From assembly GCA_963668175.1 (NCBI GenBank), contig OY764159.1, positions 3,136,001 to 3,200,000 on the forward strand: a stretch of 64,000 nucleotides of DNA, in the 5' to 3' direction. Positions 27,034 to 36,381 of the stretch are shown in pieces; the first letter of the stretch is position 1; every line of letters starts with the position of its first letter. Position numbers and translations under genes: made by a program. Origin of the DNA: Syntrophales bacterium. GTDB taxonomy: Bacteria; Desulfobacterota; Syntrophia; Syntrophales; PHBD01. Below the pieces are notes generated by a model, which was given only the letters and a program-made list of their open reading frames with translations, did not search any database and was not told the origin of the DNA.

Positions 27034-30000
27034 TTATTCACCCCCGGGAGTATTCATAAGGGCGGCCTCGGCCGCTTCTTTTCGCTTACGGCGCCGCTCC
27101 GAAAGCGTTTCGATCATCACGTAGAAGAGCGGCGCGAAGATGACGACCAGGACGGTGGCGGTAATCATCCCGCCCAGGACGCCCGTGCCGATGGCATTCT
27201 GGGCCCCTGCCCCGGCGCCCGTCGTGATGGCCAGAGGCAGAACGCCGAAACCGAAGGCAAGGGACGTCATGACGATCGGACGAAACCTCAGTTTCGCCCC
27301 TTCCAGCGTCGCATCGATCAGGCTCATACCGCTTTTGACGCCTTCCTTCGCGAACTGGACGATCAGAATCGCGTTCTTGGTTGTGAGGCCCAGGGTGGTC
27401 AGAAGACCGATCTGGAAGTAGACGTCGTTGGTCAGCCCTCTCAGACTGGAGGCAATGACGCCGCCGATCACCCCGAGGGGGAGAGCCATGAGGATCGATA
27501 TCGGAATGGGCCAGCTTTCATAAAGCGCCGCCAGACAGAGAAAGATCACGAAAATGGAAAATGCGTAAAGAAGAGGCGCCTGGGAGCTCGCCATCCGCTC
27601 CTGGTAGGAAACACCCTGCCAGTCGAAGCCGATGCCCTGCGGCAGCTTTCTCACGAAGTTTTCCATCTCCTGCATGGCCTCGCCGGAGCTTCGCCCGTGG
27701 ACAGCCTCACCCACGATATTGAGGGAGGGAAAGCCGTTGAAGCGCTCAAGTTTCGGGGAACCGGACGACCAGCGACCGGTGGCGAAAGACGAGAACTGGA
27801 CCATCTTGCCCGCGTTGTTGCGAACGTGCAGCTTTTCCAAATCGGTGGGCAGCATGCGGTAGGGGGCATCCGCCTGTGCGTAGACCCGCTTCACACGTCC
27901 TCCCTGGATGAAGTCGTTGACGTAGGCACTGCCGAACATCGCCGCGATCGTGTTATGGATCGAACTGATCGGCACGCCGAGGGCGCCCGCCTTCTCCCAA
28001 TCCACTTCGATTCGGTATTCGGGAACGTCTTCCAGTCCGTTGGGCCGGACCTTCGTCAGGATCGGGTCCTTGAAGGCCATACCGAGAAGCATGTTGCGCG
28101 CCGCCATCAGTTTCTCGTGTCCCAGTCCGCCGCGGTCCAGGAGCTGGAAATCGAATCCCTTGGACTGCCCCAGTTCCGGAACCGCCGGGGGAGCGAACGC
28201 AAAGACCATCGCATTTCTGATCTGGGAAAATTCCCGCATGGCTCTCATGGCCACTGCGGTCACTTTCATATCCGACCGGGGCCGCAGATTCCAATCTCTG
28301 AGTTTAACGAATGCGAGGCCCGCATTCTGTCCGCGGCCGGACCAGTTGACGCCCGAGACGGTGAAAACAGACTCGACGGCACCTTTTTCTTTTTCGAGGA
28401 AATAATTTCTGACCCGCTCCATGACCTTATCGGTCTGCTCCAGGGTGGAGTTTCCGGGCAGAAGGGCCTGTACCAGCATGGTTCCCTGGTCTTCGTCCGG
28501 GAGATAGGCCGTGGGCATCCGCATGAAGAGCACGCCCATGAGCGCCACAATCACCAGGAACACGATGAGATACCTTTTCTTCCGGGTGAGCGAATGCCCG
28601 ACTAATTTCACGTAGAGTTCCCTCGTCCGGAAAAATTTACGGTCGAACCAGCGGAAGAACGGCCGCATAAAAGAGATCGCACTGTCCGCCGGCTCGTGAC
28701 CCGCAGGCACCGGCTTGAGCAGGGACGCACAGAGGACCGGCGTCAGGATCAACGCCACAAAGACGGAAAGCATCATGGAGGAAATGATCGTAATCGAAAA
28801 CTGGCGGTAGATGACGCCGGTGGAGCCGGGGAAGAAGGCCATGGGGCCGAATACCGCCGAGAGCACCAGACCGATGCCGATCAGGGCGCTCGTGATCTGG
28901 TCCATGGACTTGCGGGTCGCTTCCCTGGGCGAGAGGCCCTCCTCGGCCATGATGCGCTCCACGTTTTCCACGACGACGATGGCATCGTCCACGAGGAGTC
29001 CGATTGCCAGGACCATGGCGAACATGGTCAGCATGTTGATGGAGAAACCGAAGAAACCGAGAACGGCAAACGTACCCAGGAGCACGACCGGCACGGCGAT
29101 TGTCGGAATGAGGGTCGCGCGCATGTTGCCCATAAAAAGGTACATGACGATGAAGACGAGGAAAATGGCTTCGAAGAGGGTCTTCACGACCTCGCTGATC
29201 GCCACGCGAATGAACGGCGTGGTATCATAAGGGTAGATGACCTTCATTCCAGGCGGAAAGAAATGGCTCATCTCGGCCATTTTCGCCCGGACGTTCTCGG
29301 CCGTCTGCAAGGCGTTGGCCCCGGCGGCCTGCCGGATCGCCAGGCCCGCAGCCGGTTTCCCGTTGAAATATCCCTGGATGTCGTAGGCTTCGGTACCCAG
29401 TTCCGTCCGTCCCACGTCCTTGACACGGATGATGGAGCCGTCCGGGTTCGTGCGGATGGGGATATTGGCAAACTCTTCCGGCGTCTTGAGCATGCTCTGC
29501 ACGATGATCGCGGCATTCAGGCGCTGTCCCTTGACCGCCGGCGTCCCACCGAACTGTCCGGCCGACACCTCCACGTTGTATTTCTGGACGGCGGCGATGA
29601 CATCCGCGATCGTCAGCTGGTAATCCGTGAGTTTGTCGGGATTCAGCCAGAGCCGCATGGAATACTGGCTGCCGAAGATTTCCACTTCGCCCACGCCGGG
29701 TACACGGGACAGGATTTTCTCGAGGCTGGACTGGGCATAATCGCGCAGATCGTTGCCGTCCATGGACCCGTCTTCAGAGATCAAGCCGATGACCATCAAA
29801 TAGTTGCGCGTGCTCTTGCTCACCTTGACGCCCTGCTGTTGCACTACCTGCGGCAGGCTCGCCATGGCGAGTTGGAGTTTGTTCTGGACCTGGGTCCAGG
29901 CCATGTCCGGATCGGTCCCGGCGACAAAGGTCAGCTCGATGCGTGCCGAGCCGGAAGAATCGCTCGTCGCGGAGAGATAAAGCATCTTGTCGAAGCCCGT

Positions 30001-30210
30001 CATCTTCTGCTCGATGATCTGGGTGACGCTGTTTTCGACCGTCTCCGCCGAAGCGCCCGGATAATAGGCGGTGATCGCGATGGAAGGCGGAGCGATCGGA
30101 GGATATTGCGATATAGGCAAATTGTAAATGGAAAGCGCCCCCAACGCCATCATGATGATGGCGATGACCCAGGCAAATACGGGACGCTCCAGAAAGAATC
30201 TCGATAGCAT
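27034..30210 (-). CDS. acrB: RND efflux permease (AcrB/MexB family)
   Basis: FFLERPVFAWVIA, GLLVDDAIVVVENVER, KNAILIV and RFRPIVMT motifs. Confidence 0.95.
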   Translation of the reverse strand: MLSRFFLERPVFAWVIAIIMMALGALSIYNLPISQYPPIAPPSIAITAYYPGASAETVENSVTQIIEQKMTGFDKMLYLSATSDSSGSARIELTFVAGTDPDMAWTQVQNKLQLAMASLPQVVQQQGVKVSKSTRNYLMVIGLISEDGSMDGNDLRDYAQSSLEKILSRVPGVGEVEIFGSQYSMRLWLNPDKLTDYQLTIADVIAAVQKYNVEVSAGQFGGTPAVKGQRLNAAIIVQSMLKTPEEFANIPIRTNPDGSIIRVKDVGRTELGTEAYDIQGYFNGKPAAGLAIRQAAGANALQTAENVRAKMAEMSHFFPPGMKVIYPYDTTPFIRVAISEVVKTLFEAIFLVFIVMYLFMGNMRATLIPTIAVPVVLLGTFAVLGFFGFSINMLTMFAMVLAIGLLVDDAIVVVENVERIMAEEGLSPREATRKSMDQITSALIGIGLVLSAVFGPMAFFPGSTGVIYRQFSITIISSMMLSVFVALILTPVLCASLLKPVPAGHEPADSAISFMRPFFRWFDRKFFRTRELYVKLVGHSLTRKKRYLIVFLVIVALMGVLFMRMPTAYLPDEDQGTMLVQALLPGNSTLEQTDKVMERVRNYFLEKEKGAVESVFTVSGVNWSGRGQNAGLAFVKLRDWNLRPRSDMKVTAVAMRAMREFSQIRNAMVFAFAPPAVPELGQSKGFDFQLLDRGGLGHEKLMAARNMLLGMAFKDPILTKVRPNGLEDVPEYRIEVDWEKAGALGVPISSIHNTIAAMFGSAYVNDFIQGGRVKRVYAQADAPYRMLPTDLEKLHVRNNAGKMVQFSSFATGRWSSGSPKLERFNGFPSLNIVGEAVHGRSSGEAMQEMENFVRKLPQGIGFDWQGVSYQERMASSQAPLLYAFSIFVIFLCLAALYESWPIPISILMALPLGVIGGVIASSLRGLTNDVYFQIGLLTTLGLTTKNAILIVQFAKEGVKSGMSLIDATLEGAKLRFRPIVMTSLAFGFGVLPLAITTGAGAGAQNAIGTGVLGGMITATVLVVIFAPLFYVMIETLSERRRKRKEAAEAALMNTPGGE

Positions 30211-30223
30211 TGATTACCCTCCG

Positions 30224-31510
30224 TCAATTCGCTTTGGCGGCGGGTGTGCCTGCCGCAGGAGCCGCCGTAGTCGCCGCGGCCTTGGCGGGCAACTCTTTCG
30301 GTGCATTCGGTGTCGTCGATGCGGTCGCCGGAGGCGCCGCCTGGGAGGGAGCATCCTTACCGCCCGCCGGTTCAACAAAAGGAACGGCCTTGACGGGAAC
30401 ACCCGGCCTCACCTTCTGCAGCCCTTCGACAATCACTTTGTCGCCGGCCGCCAGTCCTGCCGTAACGAGCCATTTGTCAGCAACGGCGCGTTCAAGGGTG
30501 AGCATCTTGATTGCGACTTTGTTTTCAGCGTCCACGACCAAACAGAGCGGATTGCCCTTTGTATCACGCGACACGGCCTGCTGGGGGACCAGAATGGCCT
30601 TGTCGTTGATCCCTTCCTCCACCACGGCGCGTACGAACATGCCCGGAAGGAGGACTTTCTTCGAGTTGGGAATGATGACCCGGAGCGTAACCGCCCCGGT
30701 CGTCTGATCGACCGTAATATCGCGGAATTGCAGTTCCCCTTCGAGGGGATAACGGGTATTGTCTTCCAGGTACAGGGTGACCTTGTTTTTCGCGCCTCCG
30801 CTTCGCTTAAGGCGTCCGTCCGCCAGGCGTCGCTGGAGACGCAGCATCTCCGTCGTGGACTGCGGAACATCAACGTACATGGGGTCAATCTGCTGGATCG
30901 AAGCCAGGGCCGTCGGTTGGGAGGCCGTCACCAGGGCGCCTTCGGTAACAGAGGACCGGCCGATGCGTCCCGAGATTGGGGCCGTAACCTTCGTGTATCT
31001 CATATTGATCTGTGCCGTATCGACGGATGCCTTCCAGTACTGGATGTCGGCCTCATTCTGCTTCAGGGCCGCGGCGGCATCGTCGTAGTCCTGCTGGCTG
31101 ACCGCCTTGTCTACGAGAAGGTCCTTGATACGTTCGGCTTTCAACCGGATGGCCGACAGGTTGGCCTCGGACTTGCTCAACGCGGCCTTTGCATTGTCCA
31201 GTGCTGCCTGGAACGGTGCCGGATCGATCTGGAAGAGCACCTGGCCCTCCTTCACGTCGGAACCCTCCGTAAACAGGCGTCTTTGAATGATGCCGCCTAC
31301 CTGGGGACGGATCTCCGCTACGAGTTTGGGGCTCGTCCGGCCGACCAATTCCGTTGTAATCACGATCTGTTCCGGCTTCACCGTCACCACGGAGACTTCC
31401 GGCGGTCCTGCTTGAGGCGCAGCGCCTTGCCTGCCGCAGCCGGCGAAGATCAAGATCGTGGCCAAAACGCCTGCGCAGACCATGAGTTCGAATTTTTTAC
31501 CGATTTTCAT
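30224..31510 (-). CDS. acrA: RND efflux membrane-fusion protein (AcrA/MexA family)
   Basis: Lipobox FAGC; AEIRPQVGGII and TAPISGRIG motifs; Ala/Pro-rich tail. Confidence 0.93.
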   Translation of the reverse strand: MKIGKKFELMVCAGVLATILIFAGCGRQGAAPQAGPPEVSVVTVKPEQIVITTELVGRTSPKLVAEIRPQVGGIIQRRLFTEGSDVKEGQVLFQIDPAPFQAALDNAKAALSKSEANLSAIRLKAERIKDLLVDKAVSQQDYDDAAAALKQNEADIQYWKASVDTAQINMRYTKVTAPISGRIGRSSVTEGALVTASQPTALASIQQIDPMYVDVPQSTTEMLRLQRRLADGRLKRSGGAKNKVTLYLEDNTRYPLEGELQFRDITVDQTTGAVTLRVIIPNSKKVLLPGMFVRAVVEEGINDKAILVPQQAVSRDTKGNPLCLVVDAENKVAIKMLTLERAVADKWLVTAGLAAGDKVIVEGLQKVRPGVPVKAVPFVEPAGGKDAPSQAAPPATASTTPNAPKELPAKAAATTAAPAAGTPAAKAN

Positions 31511-31560
31511 GCAACACCTCTGGAGTTTGATATCGTCTTAAAACCGCTCCGCCCCGTACG

Positions 31561-31576
31561 GAGTGAACGGTCATTC
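31561..31576. promoter_or_regulatory. putative TetR operator upstream of acrA
   Basis: gagtgaacggtcattc, an imperfect palindrome matching the site at 32204-32219. Confidence 0.55.
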
Positions 31577-31608
31577 TGTTTATTCTAATAGGATTTCGCT
31601 GGCTTCCC

Positions 31609-32184
31609 CTACCTCTTGATGCCGTCCCAGCAGGCCTCGATGGTCTTTGCGATCGTATCGTCGTCAAGTCGGATCAGGGCCAGGATGTGGTCCCGGGCCA
31701 AGGAAACGAGAGGCATGATGGTCAACGCCGCCATGGCATAATGTGGAAGGTCTTTCAAAATCTGTTGATCGACGCCCTGCTCAAATATTTCCCTGAAAAC
31801 ATCCCGCTGCCTGTTCTTTTCCATCAGCTTGTCCCGCCGGCAGTCAACGCCGTATGGAGATTGGAAATACTGCTCAATGAACCGGAAATGAAGGGGGTTG
31901 TCGAGAAAATACCGGAGAAGCCTTTCGCACAAAAAGATGAAACGCTCCCTCATGGGTTTGTTGTCCATGTACCCTTCCGTGATAGCCGCAGTGATCTTGT
32001 GTTCGACATCGGCGTATATACCCGTAATGAGAGCATCTTTGCTATCGAAGTAACGGTAGATCGTCCCCGTCCCGACGCCCGCCTTCTCGGCAACCAGGGA
32101 CATGGGTGTGCCATGGAAGCCGTGTTCGGCGATGAGGTCTAAGGCTGCATTCACGATATGGTCGCGCTTCTGCGATGATTTCAT
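31609..32184 (-). CDS. TetR/AcrR family regulator
   Basis: GFHGT...AEKAGVGTGTIYRYFDSK helix-turn-helix. Confidence 0.93.
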   Translation of the reverse strand: MKSSQKRDHIVNAALDLIAEHGFHGTPMSLVAEKAGVGTGTIYRYFDSKDALITGIYADVEHKITAAITEGYMDNKPMRERFIFLCERLLRYFLDNPLHFRFIEQYFQSPYGVDCRRDKLMEKNRQRDVFREIFEQGVDQQILKDLPHYAMAALTIMPLVSLARDHILALIRLDDDTIAKTIEACWDGIKR

Positions 32185-32202
32185 AGTCTATCGCCCCAAA
32201 AG

Positions 32203-32220
32203 GGAATGATCGTTCATTCC
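32203..32220. promoter_or_regulatory. putative TetR autoregulatory operator
   Basis: GGAATGA-tcgt-TCATTCC, downstream of a minus-strand TTGACA (32242-32247). Confidence 0.65.
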
Positions 32221-32315
32221 TTTATACCTCCTGAGATGCGCTGTCAAGTAATTTATCGGAAGCATTACAAAAAAGTGATATGTGGATTGCGGCCGCGCTA
32301 ACGCTGCCAAAGCCG

Positions 32316-32615
32316 TTACCCGTGGATACGGGGATCGCGGTCATCCGTGGTGATCCAGAAAACATGCTCCACCAGGCCGAATCGTCTGAGTGTATCGGCA
32401 AGAAAAAGGCCGGTGGCGCTTTTTCCCTCTACAGCGGCTTTTTCCTGCCAGTGCAGAACTACCGCCAGGTCTCCTGTGTCTGCGGCACCGATGTAGAGCC
32501 CCGCCTTTGCCGGCAGCGAGACGGCGACATCACGGCAGAATATCTTCATATACGACCTCGCCTGTTCCGCAGCATTACCCGATGTCCGCAGTGAGATGAT
32601 CTCCAGTCTGTTCAT
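32316..32615 (-). CDS. hypothetical protein
   Basis: Globular-looking ORF (LEIISLR...DLAVVLHW...FGLVEHVFW); start uncertain (32615-32642). Confidence 0.55.
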   Translation of the reverse strand: MNRLEIISLRTSGNAAEQARSYMKIFCRDVAVSLPAKAGLYIGAADTGDLAVVLHWQEKAAVEGKSATGLFLADTLRRFGLVEHVFWITTDDRDPRIHG

Positions 32616-33052
32616 CCTGTCGTACCCGTCCATTTGTTCCATCCAGTTCGGATATTTGCAGGAATCATGCCCGATGAGGCGGCTGTCATTTCGACACTCC
32701 TGAGAATCAGCTTGTATTTATCCATTATTCTTATGAATTTACGAGATTCGCTCCTCTACATTCAGGAAACGGCCTGACATACGATCTCTTCAGTATGTCG
32801 TGTCCGGGCGGACAAACGAACCGTCCGTTTCCGGTTCGGTATCTTCGCATCAGACGCCGCTGCAAATCCGCCGAAGCCCCCCGCGGAGGATTCAGTCCGG
32901 GAGCTATGGGCACTCCTGCCTTTTCGGCCGCGATCAAACTCCGACATAGTCGTTTGCAGCAACCCATAAATGTGATAGGGAATACGGAACGGCAACGCGG
33001 TCCGCAGATTTAATCGGGCGGCATCTTAAGACTTTACTGGGAGGGAAAAGTC

Positions 33053-33598
33053 ATGAAGAGAGCACTTTTGGTCATTGATGTTCAGAACGAGTACTTCACC
33101 GGCAAGATTCCCGTTACGCACCCGGCAGGCAGCCTGAACAATATCCTGTCCGCGATGGACTTTGCCAATACCCGCGGCATACCAACCATCGTCGTTCAGC
33201 ATTCGGCGCCGCCAGACAGCCCGGTCTTTGCGAAAGGATCGGAAGGATGGAACCTGCATCCGGAGGTTGCTTCCCGCCATCACGATCATCTCGTCGAAAA
33301 ACAACTTCCCGGAAGTTTCACCGGTACGGACCTGGAGCAATGGCTCAGGAACCGGCAAATCGACACGGTGGTTATAACGGGCTACATGACGCAGATGTGC
33401 TGCGACACAACGGCCCGCCAGGCATTCCACATGGGCATTGCCGTCGAATTCCTCTCCGACGCGACAGGGACGCTGTCCATCGCCAACGCCGCAGGAAGCG
33501 TCACCGCCGAGGAGCTTCACCGCGCCATCCTCGTCTCGCAGGCCATGCGTTTCAGCAAGGTCATGACCGCCGCAGAATGGATGGAGAATGCGGCGTAA
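33053..33598 (+). CDS. isochorismatase-like cysteine hydrolase
   Basis: [20 protein letters not shown] and [10 protein letters not shown] motifs. Confidence 0.92.
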   Translation: MKRALLVIDVQNEYFTGKIPVTHPAGSLNNILSAMDFANTRGIPTIVVQHSAPPDSPVFAKGSEGWNLHPEVASRHHDHLVEKQLPGSFTGTDLEQWLRNRQIDTVVITGYMTQMCCDTTARQAFHMGIAVEFLSDATGTLSIANAAGSVTAEELHRAILVSQAMRFSKVMTAAEWMENAA

Positions 33599-33652
33599 CC
33601 GCTCGCATTGCACGCCATGAATACCCAGGCAGGAAAAATGAGGACATAGCGC

Positions 33653-34153
33653 ATGGATGACATTACTGTCCGGTCCGCAGAAGCGTTCGATTATCACCCC
33701 ATCATAACCGTACTGAACGACTGGTGGGGAGGGCGGATGATGAGCGATATGCTGCCCAAGCTTTTCTTCATCCATTTTCGTGACACGAGCCTGGTAGCGG
33801 AAAGGGACGGAACAATCGTCGGATTTCTCGTCGGCTTCAAGTCGCAGACGCATCCCGAACAGGCCTATATCCACTTTATCGGCGTTCATCCCGATTATCG
33901 CGGGCGAGGGCTGGCAAGACAGCTATACGGGCAGTTTATGGATATTGTCCGGCAGCGCGGTTGCCGGACTGTTCACTCCGTAACCTCGCCTATCAACAGA
34001 ACATCCATCGCCTTTCATCAATGTATGGGCTTTACGATAGAATCGGGCAACAAGATCGTCGACGGCATCTCCGTCGCTGAAAATTACGACGGACATGGCG
34101 GCGACAGGGTTTTGTTTGTCAAGAATCTCGTCACGGTTCATTCCCGGCAATGA
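33653..34153 (+). CDS. GNAT family N-acetyltransferase
   Basis: Acetyl-CoA motif VHPDYRGRGLA and N..SIAFH..MGF. Confidence 0.9.
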   Translation: MDDITVRSAEAFDYHPIITVLNDWWGGRMMSDMLPKLFFIHFRDTSLVAERDGTIVGFLVGFKSQTHPEQAYIHFIGVHPDYRGRGLARQLYGQFMDIVRQRGCRTVHSVTSPINRTSIAFHQCMGFTIESGNKIVDGISVAENYDGHGGDRVLFVKNLVTVHSRQ

Positions 34154-34323
34154 CGTCCGCTGACCGGCATGAATAGGCCTTCTGAGAATGGATAAGTCTT
34201 CGCTATTGTGCGGATGGGAGCAATGACACCCAGCCGGTCAAGACGGTTTATTGAAAATGGGAATCCCGGGGAGGGAAGGATTCTTTCCCCGCTGGTTTTG
34301 TTTGCTGCCGCGGCCAATCGGGT

Positions 34324-34364
34324 AGCCCGTTCCGGCTTCATTCGACGCCGGAACGGGCTTTTTT
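34324..34364. terminator. terminator between convergent GNAT and crotonase genes
   Basis: agcccgttccggc/gccggaacgggct 13-bp stem plus a T-run. Confidence 0.75.
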
Positions 34365-34399
34365 AAATATCTTGAGACGCTAAAGTTCCCGGAGCGGTG

Positions 34400-35179
34400 C
34401 TACTTCTTCGCCGCCCTGGCCGCCGCAAGCTTTGCCTGGAGGGCATCGATGCGCTGGTGGTTGTCCTCGGAGCCGATATACGTCCTGAACAGCCATTCCT
34501 GGACCTTCATGGCACCGTCAAGGTCTTCGTCCAGAATGTGGTTCGCAAGCTGCTTCGTCTCCTTCAGGCACATACGGTCGTAGGAGGCCATCTCCTTCGC
34601 GATCGCCATGACAGACGTCAGCAACTGCCCTTCCGGGAACACCTTCGTCACGTAGCCCATCTTCTCCGCCTCGTACGCATCGTAGATACGGCCCGTCAGC
34701 GCCACTTCCTTCGCACGGCCCAGACCGATGATACGCCACAGCGGGTCCATGATCGGCGTCAGAGACAGAACGATCTCACGCTGACCGAACTTCGCCCGTT
34801 CGGACGCATACCGGATATCGCACATCAAGGTCAGGTCGAATCCGCCCGCGATCGCCGGCCCGCCAACGGCGCAGATCACCGGCTGCTCGCAGAACATGAT
34901 CGCACGGTACGCTCGGTGGAACAGCGCCGTGTAGTCCTCGTTCGAGACCTTCTCCAGCTTCCGGATGATCGTGAGATCGAAGCCCGCCGAGAAGTACTTC
35001 TCGCCGCCCGTGAACACGACCACGTTCACGTCCTGACGCTTCGCGATCTCCGTAAAGATATATTCCACTTCCTGAAGAACCTCGGGCGCCAGCGCATTCC
35101 CCTTGTCGGGACGATGGATCGTTACGGTCGCCACCTTGTCTTCCACATTCAACAGCAGATACTTCATGTCCATAAGCAT
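34400..35179 (-). CDS. enoyl-CoA hydratase/isomerase (crotonase family)
   Basis: FSAGFDL, PVICAVGGPAIAGGFDL and FGQRE motifs. Confidence 0.92.
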   Translation of the reverse strand: MLMDMKYLLLNVEDKVATVTIHRPDKGNALAPEVLQEVEYIFTEIAKRQDVNVVVFTGGEKYFSAGFDLTIIRKLEKVSNEDYTALFHRAYRAIMFCEQPVICAVGGPAIAGGFDLTLMCDIRYASERAKFGQREIVLSLTPIMDPLWRIIGLGRAKEVALTGRIYDAYEAEKMGYVTKVFPEGQLLTSVMAIAKEMASYDRMCLKETKQLANHILDEDLDGAMKVQEWLFRTYIGSEDNHQRIDALQAKLAAARAAKK

Positions 35180-35196
35180 ACTCCTCTATTCTATGA

Positions 35197-36336
35197 TTAG
35201 CGCAAATACTCCGCCGCAGCCATGATACGCTGGATCTCGTTTACGCCCTCGTAGATCTCCGCCAGCTTCATGTCGCGGAAGATCCGCTCCACGTTGAACT
35301 CCTTCGAATACGAAAACGCGCCCAACACCTGCATCGCGTTGCTCGCCACACGGTGGCAAGCCTGCGACACAAACAGCCGCGTCCGCGCAGACTTGAACAG
35401 GATATCCTGCTTCTGGGACTTGTGGTACGCCGTCGCATACGTATAGTAACGCGCCGCCTCCACGTCCGAAGACATCTCGCCCAGAAGCCACTGGATCGTC
35501 TGGAAACTCGTGATCGGCTTGCCACGCTGCACGCGCTCCTTCGCATACTTGATCGCTTCCTCGAACGCGCCCTGCGCCATGCCCACGCATTCCGCGGATA
35601 TGCCCAGCTTGCCGATCGCGATCTCCGTCGTCAGGATCTTGAAGCCCTTGCCCCGGTTCGCCTCGCCGCCCGTCGTGTTCTCGATCGGCACCCGAACGTC
35701 TTCAAGGACCACATCGGCCACTTCCATCCCGTTCATGCCCATCTTCTCCACCAGCTTCGGCGTCGAATAACCCTTCGCATCCTTCGGAACGATGATGTTC
35801 GTCACCTTACCGTCCTTCGCCACGTCCTTGCAGAATACAACGATGTAACCGGGAAGCGTCGAGTTCGTGATGAAGATCTTCTCGCCGTTGATCACCCATT
35901 CGTTGCCGTCCTGAACGCACGTCGTCTTGATGTTGTCCGGGTCCGATCCCGTCGACGGCTCCGTGAAGGCAAAACTCCCCACAGCCTCTCCCGCCACGAT
36001 CTGCGGCAGGTACTTCTTCTTCTGCTCCTCCGTCCCGAAGTCGTTGATCGTCCCCGCACAGAGGCAGTTCACCGAGATGTGGCCGCCGATCGAACAATAC
36101 ACCCGAGACAGCTCCTCGATCACCATCACATACTCCAGGTACGTGCTGCCAACCCCGCCGTACGCAGCAGGGTACTGTATCCCGTAAAAGCTCAGCTCCC
36201 GCATCTTCTTGATCAGCTCGCGGGGAGTACGCTTCTTCTCCTCCATCTCCGGGATCAAAGGGCGAATCTCCGTCTCCGCGAACTTCCGCGCGGTATCCCT
36301 GAACATCACTTGTTCTTCCGTCAAACCAAATTCCAT
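35197..36336 (-). CDS. acyl-CoA dehydrogenase
   Basis: FTEPSTGSD, NGEKIFITN, YAKERVQ and EIYEGVNEIQR motifs. Confidence 0.95.
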   Translation of the reverse strand: MEFGLTEEQVMFRDTARKFAETEIRPLIPEMEEKKRTPRELIKKMRELSFYGIQYPAAYGGVGSTYLEYVMVIEELSRVYCSIGGHISVNCLCAGTINDFGTEEQKKKYLPQIVAGEAVGSFAFTEPSTGSDPDNIKTTCVQDGNEWVINGEKIFITNSTLPGYIVVFCKDVAKDGKVTNIIVPKDAKGYSTPKLVEKMGMNGMEVADVVLEDVRVPIENTTGGEANRGKGFKILTTEIAIGKLGISAECVGMAQGAFEEAIKYAKERVQRGKPITSFQTIQWLLGEMSSDVEAARYYTYATAYHKSQKQDILFKSARTRLFVSQACHRVASNAMQVLGAFSYSKEFNVERIFRDMKLAEIYEGVNEIQRIMAAAEYLR

Positions 36337-36381
36337 AGATTCCTCCAGTTATATGTTTAATCCAGATTCGATCCTTTTCTC

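Noticed and set aside
26971..31588. Long + strand ORFs (544, 503 and 486 aa) opposite acrAB, and similar long ORFs at 35807-37989, 44766-46241 and 50289-51815
   Set aside because: Antisense or alternate-frame shadows of well-supported genes in GC-rich DNA; no recognisable motifs.
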